Shown here: positions 16,023-20,833 of the stretch, piece by piece | Position numbering within the stretch: position 1 is the first letter of the stretch | Layout: every line of letters begins with the position of its first letter | Source of the DNA: a bacterium | GTDB lineage: Bacteria > SZUA-182 > DTGQ01 > JAFGSM01 | Reading direction: 5' to 3' | Length of the DNA stretch: 20,833 nt | Assembly: GCA_049472315.1 (NCBI GenBank) | Contig: JBLIRN010000006.1 | Location: 1-20,833, forward strand | The notes under the pieces: generated by a model | What the model saw: the letters and a program-made list of their open reading frames with translations, nothing else | What the model was told of the DNA's origin: nothing | The model's database searches: none | Translations under genes and position numbers: made by a program

Positions 16023-17728
16023 CCCTGATCATGCCCCCCCGGACCCGTTTTCGTAAGGTCGTGCTTTATTGTTTGGAATAGCTTCTGGTTGACTGCAATC
16101 GTCGCCTTTTTGCGAAGGTCTTGCAGATAGGAATCGAACAGGGACTTTCGCATCTGATTGACCAGGTCCTTCCGTATCGAATCCCGAACCTCTTCAAAGG
16201 GGACGGCCCGGCTGGGTTGTTTCTCCGTCACGGTTATGATCTGATATCCAAAGGGGGTATTCACCAGTTCGCTTATCGCCCCGATGGGGAGTGAGAATGC
16301 AACCTGTTCGAATTCCCTTCCCATGCCGCTTTGCCCCGATTTGATATACCCCATGTCCCCGCCTTTTCGGGATGTTATCGAATATTCGGAATATGCCTCC
16401 GCCAGGGTGGCAAAATCCTCTCCGTCCTTCAATTTTGACAGGATCTCATCGGCCTTCTCTTTGTCCTTCACAAGGATGTGGCTGGCCCTGACCATCTCCG
16501 GCTCGGAAAACCGGATAAGGTTTTCCTGATAATATTTTCGGCAATCCTCGTCGGTAACGACGATCTTCCTTTCCACCTCGTACATCATGAGCTGCCTGGC
16601 GAGGAGATCCTGTTCAAACCGTCGCACCTCCTTGGCAAGGTCGGGATCATCGGAAAATCCGGCCTTTTCCGCCTCGAGCACCATGAGCTGTTTATTAAGC
16701 CTGGTCTCAACCATGCTGGCGAGCAGGTTGGGATCCTCCCAGAATGCCTTTGCCCCCTGCCCAGGGGATTGAGGGATAATCCCCCTGATGTCTCCCCAGG
16801 TGATAATGATTCCGTCGCCTTCCGCCAGGGCAAGGTTCGATGAGGCGGGAGAGGAGGACTCCTCCCCTGAAGCGACCCGCTCCAGGGCCTCCCGGTGGAT
16901 GCTGATCCCTCGTTCCCGTTTTGCCTCCTCCAGGAGGTCCCGTATGAGCTTGTTTTTCTTGTCCCTGAAGAGCAGGCTGCGGTGGTACTGCACCACCTGT
17001 TCCAACTCCGCCTGATTGAGGGGCCTCTCCTCCAGCGGTTTGAACAGCGCATACCCTTCGCGGACCTTCTGGGGATCGCTCACTGCACCGATGGGCAGGG
17101 TGAAAATGGTCTCGATGACCTGCTTGGGGTAGATCCCGCGATGGGGGCTCAGGAAATCACCCACCCCTCCCTGCGGGGCCTCGATCCCGATTGATCGCGA
17201 ACGGGCAAGCTGGGAGAAATCATCTCCCTCATCAAGGCGTCTCTTGATATCCCATGCCTCATCCTCATCGAGCACGCTTATCCGGGCAAATTTCACCTCC
17301 CTTTTCTGATACGCCGGTATGCTTTCCAGGACCTCCTGGTCCGTTATATGCACCTGGGGATCGAAGCGTTTCTGGATAAAGACATTCACCATGACCCGCT
17401 GCTTGAATTTCTCCGCCTGCTCCGCGAGAACCGTCGAGGACGCCAGGCCCATTTTTCGTGCCTCCTGTTCCATAAGGATCTTTTCCACCAGGGCATCGAG
17501 GACCGACTCGGGATCGAGGGTCCCCCCTTGTGAGGTCCAGTCAGCCACCCTGGGGCGGCTGTTATAGAATTCCATGAACTCCTGTGCCGATATCTCCTCG
17601 CCGTTGACCGTGGCGAGGGTCTCCTTCTTCATACGTGTTCGACATCCCGCAGCAATGATGACAGCGGCTATGGCACAAAGGCAACACCACAACGTTAGCG
17701 TACCCCGGTCGTTCTTCATTCGTATCAT
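16019..17728 (-). CDS. Tandem SurA_N/PpiC (parvulin) peptidyl-prolyl isomerase / foldase, probable lipoprotein
   Basis: Two PrsA/SurA-like units (LATVNGEEIS..DFSQLARSRS..GG..; VRASHILV..GEDFATLAEAYS..GGDMG..FEQVAFSLPIGAISELVNTPFGY). Lipobox-like IIAAGC. Start placed at ATG 17728 because GGAGGA lies 6 nt upstream (the ORF track starts at 17791). Confidence 0.9.
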   Translation of the reverse strand: MIRMKNDRGTLTLWCCLCAIAAVIIAAGCRTRMKKETLATVNGEEISAQEFMEFYNSRPRVADWTSQGGTLDPESVLDALVEKILMEQEARKMGLASSTVLAEQAEKFKQRVMVNVFIQKRFDPQVHITDQEVLESIPAYQKREVKFARISVLDEDEAWDIKRRLDEGDDFSQLARSRSIGIEAPQGGVGDFLSPHRGIYPKQVIETIFTLPIGAVSDPQKVREGYALFKPLEERPLNQAELEQVVQYHRSLLFRDKKNKLIRDLLEEAKRERGISIHREALERVASGEESSSPASSNLALAEGDGIIITWGDIRGIIPQSPGQGAKAFWEDPNLLASMVETRLNKQLMVLEAEKAGFSDDPDLAKEVRRFEQDLLARQLMMYEVERKIVVTDEDCRKYYQENLIRFSEPEMVRASHILVKDKEKADEILSKLKDGEDFATLAEAYSEYSITSRKGGDMGYIKSGQSGMGREFEQVAFSLPIGAISELVNTPFGYQIITVTEKQPSRAVPFEEVRDSIRKDLVNQMRKSLFDSYLQDLRKKATIAVNQKLFQTIKHDLTKTGPGGHDQG

Positions 17729-17874
17729 GCCTGTTCCTCCCTCTTGAGGTTTTCCGTGCATCGGTTGACTTCCTTCCCCATAGCTATTCAATGTCTGCCC
17801 ATGCCCCTTGCTGACGATTCACGATGAGAATTGCCGGCAAGGTTCCGGGAGACTTGCAATTTTCTTCGGTCTCT

Positions 17875-17903
17875 ATTATTTAATACTTTGTTTTCCATCT
17901 CAA
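17875..17903 (-). promoter_or_regulatory. Candidate sigma70 promoter for the PPIase-cytochrome operon
   Basis: Minus strand TTGAGA (17903-17898), 17 bp, AATAAT (17880-17875), in the AT-rich part of the divergent spacer. Confidence 0.4.
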
Positions 17904-18223
17904 ATAATCGGTTCAAACCTGCGGATTCGATCCGGCGGGGGATGCCGTATGCCCGGCGACACCTGCCGTGCATATTTTTATTGTTTCAAGGGCCTGAGGG
18001 GAATCGTCCGCCGTATGGTCGATGTGTGCAATGCATTGAGCAGGCGGTTAAGGGACGTTTCGATGTGCACAGGAACGCCGGGATCTTTGAGGAATGATCA
18101 TACCACTGTTTTGCCCGGGAATCGCTTTTGTGATTTAATAGGACGCGTTGATATGGGATGGGGTAGGGCATCCGCGCGTCGATGGCGGTGCGATCATGGC
18201 ATGGAGACCGGAAGGACCCTGCA

Positions 18224-19297
18224 TTGAAGAAACGGTATAAGTTCTGGGCTGGAATACTGATTAGCGGTCTTTTCTTCCTTTTGTTTGTCAGGGGGATGGA
18301 CCTCAAAAAGGTCTGGACGGCAACGCGGCAGGCCAACTACTCTTTCATTCTCCTTGCCGTAGTCGTGAATGTTGTCAGCTTCCTCATCAGGGCGGAACGA
18401 TGGGAGTATCTTCTTGAGCCCATCAAAAAGGTACGATTCCCCAGCCTCTTTTCCGCCGTGTGTATCGGATTCATGGGAAACAGCCTTTTACCTGCCCGCG
18501 CCGGGGAATTCATACGTGCATATGTGATCGGCAAACGGGAGGGTATCACCAAGACGGGGGCGTTTGCCACGATTGTGACCGAGAGGCTCTTTGACGGGCT
18601 CACCCTCCTCCTCATGCTGATCATCGTGGTAACCGTATTCCCGTTTCCTCAGGAGAATTACGGAAGCTACATAACCATCGGCTTCCTCAAGTGGGCGGTA
18701 GGGCTCACCTCCTTTTTCTACGGGATTGTTATCGCCACCCTTTTTTTCCTGAGCTGGAAACCGGATCACGTATGGCGTCTGATGAGTTTCACCCTTTTTC
18801 GGTATCTTCCGGAGGAGATGATCAAGCGGATCGAGGTGCTGTACAGGGCGTTTCTCTCCGGCCTGGAATCACTCAAGCGGGGCCGGCATATCCTCACGAT
18901 TGCCGTGTACTCCATACTGCTCTGGATGGTCACCGCATTCGGAATCTATCTGCTGTTCCCGGCATTCTCCATCCGGCTTGATTTTTTGAGCGCCATTCTG
19001 ATCATGGTGGTGGTGGCGGTCGTGGTCATGCTCCCCTCCTCCCCCGGTTTCGTCGGCACGTTCCATCTGGCCAGTTCGGAAACCCTCATCCTTCTCGGAA
19101 TCAATGCCCATGTAGCAAAGACCTTTGCCATCGTACACCATGCCGCCTGCATCATCCCTGTCGTCATGCTGGGGCTTTTCTACCTCTCCCGGGAACAGCT
19201 CAGCTTCCGTGAGATCAAGGCATCGGTTCCCGAAGAGTACAAGGTTCTGGAAAAGGGGAACATGCCGGCCGAAGGCCATCTTCCCAAGCAATCCTGA
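18224..19297 (+). CDS. UPF0104 / lysylphosphatidylglycerol synthase TM-region (flippase-like) membrane protein
   Basis: Multiple TM helices. Family-type motifs RAERW, GFMGNSLLPARAGEFIRAY, ERLFD, LPSSPGFVGTFH. Start favoured at TTG 18224 (GAAGGA 7 nt upstream); the ORF track gives ATG 18182. Confidence 0.88.
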   Translation: MKKRYKFWAGILISGLFFLLFVRGMDLKKVWTATRQANYSFILLAVVVNVVSFLIRAERWEYLLEPIKKVRFPSLFSAVCIGFMGNSLLPARAGEFIRAYVIGKREGITKTGAFATIVTERLFDGLTLLLMLIIVVTVFPFPQENYGSYITIGFLKWAVGLTSFFYGIVIATLFFLSWKPDHVWRLMSFTLFRYLPEEMIKRIEVLYRAFLSGLESLKRGRHILTIAVYSILLWMVTAFGIYLLFPAFSIRLDFLSAILIMVVVAVVVMLPSSPGFVGTFHLASSETLILLGINAHVAKTFAIVHHAACIIPVVMLGLFYLSREQLSFREIKASVPEEYKVLEKGNMPAEGHLPKQS

Positions 19298-19343
19298 TTT
19301 CGGCCTTGTGCAATAGTGGGCAGGCATGCTTACCCCCTTTTCC

Positions 19344-19373
19344 TTGACAAAATGCAGGCTGGTCATTTATTAT
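19344..19373 (+). promoter_or_regulatory. Sigma70-type promoter for the tetraheme cytochrome
   Basis: TTGACA (19344-19349), 18 bp, TATTAT (19368-19373), followed by the strong SD AAGGAGGTG before ATG 19415. Confidence 0.6.
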
Positions 19374-19414
19374 TCTCATAGCTGGTCATTCACCCGAGAA
19401 AGGAGGTGTAATGG

Positions 19415-19891
19415 ATGAAGAAATATTCCCTGTGTATCGTTATTCTGGTTCTCGTGCTGATCCCCGTCCTCGTATTTGCAGGTGAAGGTCATGAGGAGTG
19501 CGCCCTTTGTCACGGTGCCCATACGGCCGTAGGCCCCGGGCTGCTCACCACCAAGCCTGATACCACCACCATCAATCCTGCGACGGGTAAACCGCTGGGG
19601 CGTATCGACTCCATCTGCATGGCCTGCCATGCCGAAGAGCCCAATGGATTGGGGTATCGTCCCGTGGCCATGGAAAGCACCCATCCGAGCGGTATCACCC
19701 CGGTGAAGGTAAAACTTCCCGCTGAGGCCAAAGGCTTCAAGGGCGAGGAAGAAAATCTTACCTGTATGGGGTGTCATGATCCCCACCCCTCCAATCCAAA
19801 CTATATGTATCTCAGGGGGCCCATGGTTTCAGCGGGTAATACCCAGGCCTTTTGCATCTGGTGTCATCCGGAGCAGGCACCCAAGAAGTAG
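19415..19891 (+). CDS. Small exported tetraheme cytochrome c, doubled-CxxCH / OmcE-like motif order
   Basis: 158 aa. Signal peptide MKKYSLCIVILVLVLIPVLVFA. GH-EECALCHGAH..CMACH..THPSG..LTCMGCHDPH..YLRG..FCIWCH gives 4 CxxCH and 4 candidate distal His. Strong SD. Confidence 0.92.
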   Translation: MKKYSLCIVILVLVLIPVLVFAGEGHEECALCHGAHTAVGPGLLTTKPDTTTINPATGKPLGRIDSICMACHAEEPNGLGYRPVAMESTHPSGITPVKVKLPAEAKGFKGEEENLTCMGCHDPHPSNPNYMYLRGPMVSAGNTQAFCIWCHPEQAPKK

Positions 19892-19998
19892 GTCACCAAA
19901 ATATAGATTCGGTATCCAGGGAATACCTGCATACCGATTGCACATATTATGGTGTAGTTGAGCTGAATCATATGTGATACCCTATATTCTATCTATAC

Positions 19999-20038
19999 AG
20001 GGGGTTGGCTGTCAGTGATGCGTCCAACCCCCTTTTTT
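19999..20038 (+). terminator. Intrinsic terminator-like hairpin
   Basis: AGGGGGTTGG, 15-nt loop, CCAACCCCCT, then a T-run (20033-20038), immediately before rpiB. Confidence 0.6.
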
Positions 20039-20045
20039 ATGGAAC

Positions 20046-20528
20046 ATGATGAATTACGCGGAAAAAGAACAAACAAAAGAGGTCATTGCCATTGGCAGCG
20101 ATCATGGCGGATGGGAACTCAAGGAGCACCTCAAGGGGATTCTGACCCGAGAGGGGTTCGCGGTCGAGGACTTTGGCTGCCATACCCCCGAGCGATGTGA
20201 TTATCCGGCCATCGGCATCAGTCTGGCTCGATCCGTCAGCGAAGGGAGGATCGGCCGCGGCATTCTCATCTGCGGGACCGGTATCGGAATGTCCATCGCC
20301 GCAAACCGGTTTCACGGGGTGCGTGCCGCACTCTGCCATGACCTGTACACGGCCCGGATGAGCCGCGAACATAACAATGCGAACATCCTGATCCTGGGGG
20401 GGAGGATCCTGGGGAAGGATTTGGCTGAAGAGACGCTCCGGGTATGGCTCCATACGGAATTCTCCTGCGAAGGAAGGCATGCCGCCAGGTTGAAACAGAT
20501 CGATGATCTCGGAGGGAAGACGGCCTGA
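20046..20528 (+). CDS. rpiB: Ribose-5-phosphate isomerase B
   Basis: [51 protein letters not shown] motifs. The start could be the second ATG at 20049. Confidence 0.97.
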   Translation: MMNYAEKEQTKEVIAIGSDHGGWELKEHLKGILTREGFAVEDFGCHTPERCDYPAIGISLARSVSEGRIGRGILICGTGIGMSIAANRFHGVRAALCHDLYTARMSREHNNANILILGGRILGKDLAEETLRVWLHTEFSCEGRHAARLKQIDDLGGKTA

Positions 20529-20529
20529 G

Positions 20530-20833
20530 ATGTTTAGCCAGCCATTGAAGGACCTGGATCCCCAGATTCATGAGGCGATCGACCGGGAGCGGCATCGGGT
20601 GAATACCACCCTGGAACTGATCGCCTCGGAGAATTTTACCAGCCCTGCCGTGATGGAGGCCCAGGGATCGCTGCTCACCAATAAATATGCAGAGGGATAT
20701 CCGGGCCACAGGTATTACGGGGGGTGCACGTATGTCGACATGGCCGAATCATTGGCCGTGGAGAGGGCCAGGGATCTGTTCGGCGCCGAACATGCAAACG
20801 TGCAGCCCCACTCCGGGACCCAGGCCAACATAG
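20530..20833 (+). CDS. glyA: Serine hydroxymethyltransferase (5' part; runs off the window)
   Basis: Manual translation [58 protein letters not shown]. The rpiB-glyA order is common. Not in the ORF track. Confidence 0.97.
   Translation, partial: MFSQPLKDLDPQIHEAIDRERHRVNTTLELIASENFTSPAVMEAQGSLLTNKYAEGYPGHRYYGGCTYVDMAESLAVERARDLFGAEHANVQPHSGTQANI

Noticed and set aside
17788..18336. ORFs of 61-139 aa in the divergent promoter region
   Set aside because: They overlap each other and the promoter-like AT-rich DNA, show no protein-like features, and better starts exist for both flanking genes.
20831..20833. Terminal TAG suggesting a truncated glyA pseudogene
   Set aside because: The TAG is out of frame (codons AAC ATA G..); the gene simply runs off the window.

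Overview
High-GC bacterial window, probably from an anaerobe; the cytochrome style resembles Desulfobacterota/Geobacter, which is an inference. A leftward cluster at 1-17.7 kb encodes, in transcription order: a tandem SurA/parvulin PPIase lipoprotein, a 1358-aa cytochrome (26 CxxCH), a giant 2610-aa cytochrome (49 CxxCH + 1 CX3CH), a 520-aa cytochrome (9 CxxCH + 2 atypical motifs, with a Gly17 linker) and a secreted fibronectin-III repeat protein that runs off the left edge and is absent from the ORF track. Rightward genes encode a UPF0104/LPG-synthase-TM membrane protein, a small OmcE-like tetraheme cytochrome, RpiB and the 5' part of GlyA. The two largest cytochromes share a ~700-aa, 14-heme module (3 copies vs 1) plus a 5-heme cap. 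The module is made of tandem OmcE-like H..CxxCHxxH..CxxCH units, suggesting genetically pre-polymerised heme wires of different lengths with different tip domains. The 789-bp spacer between these two genes holds a strong sigma70-like promoter and two perfect DnaA boxes around an AT-rich tract. Heme counts are manual and family calls come from motif recognition, not database searches.
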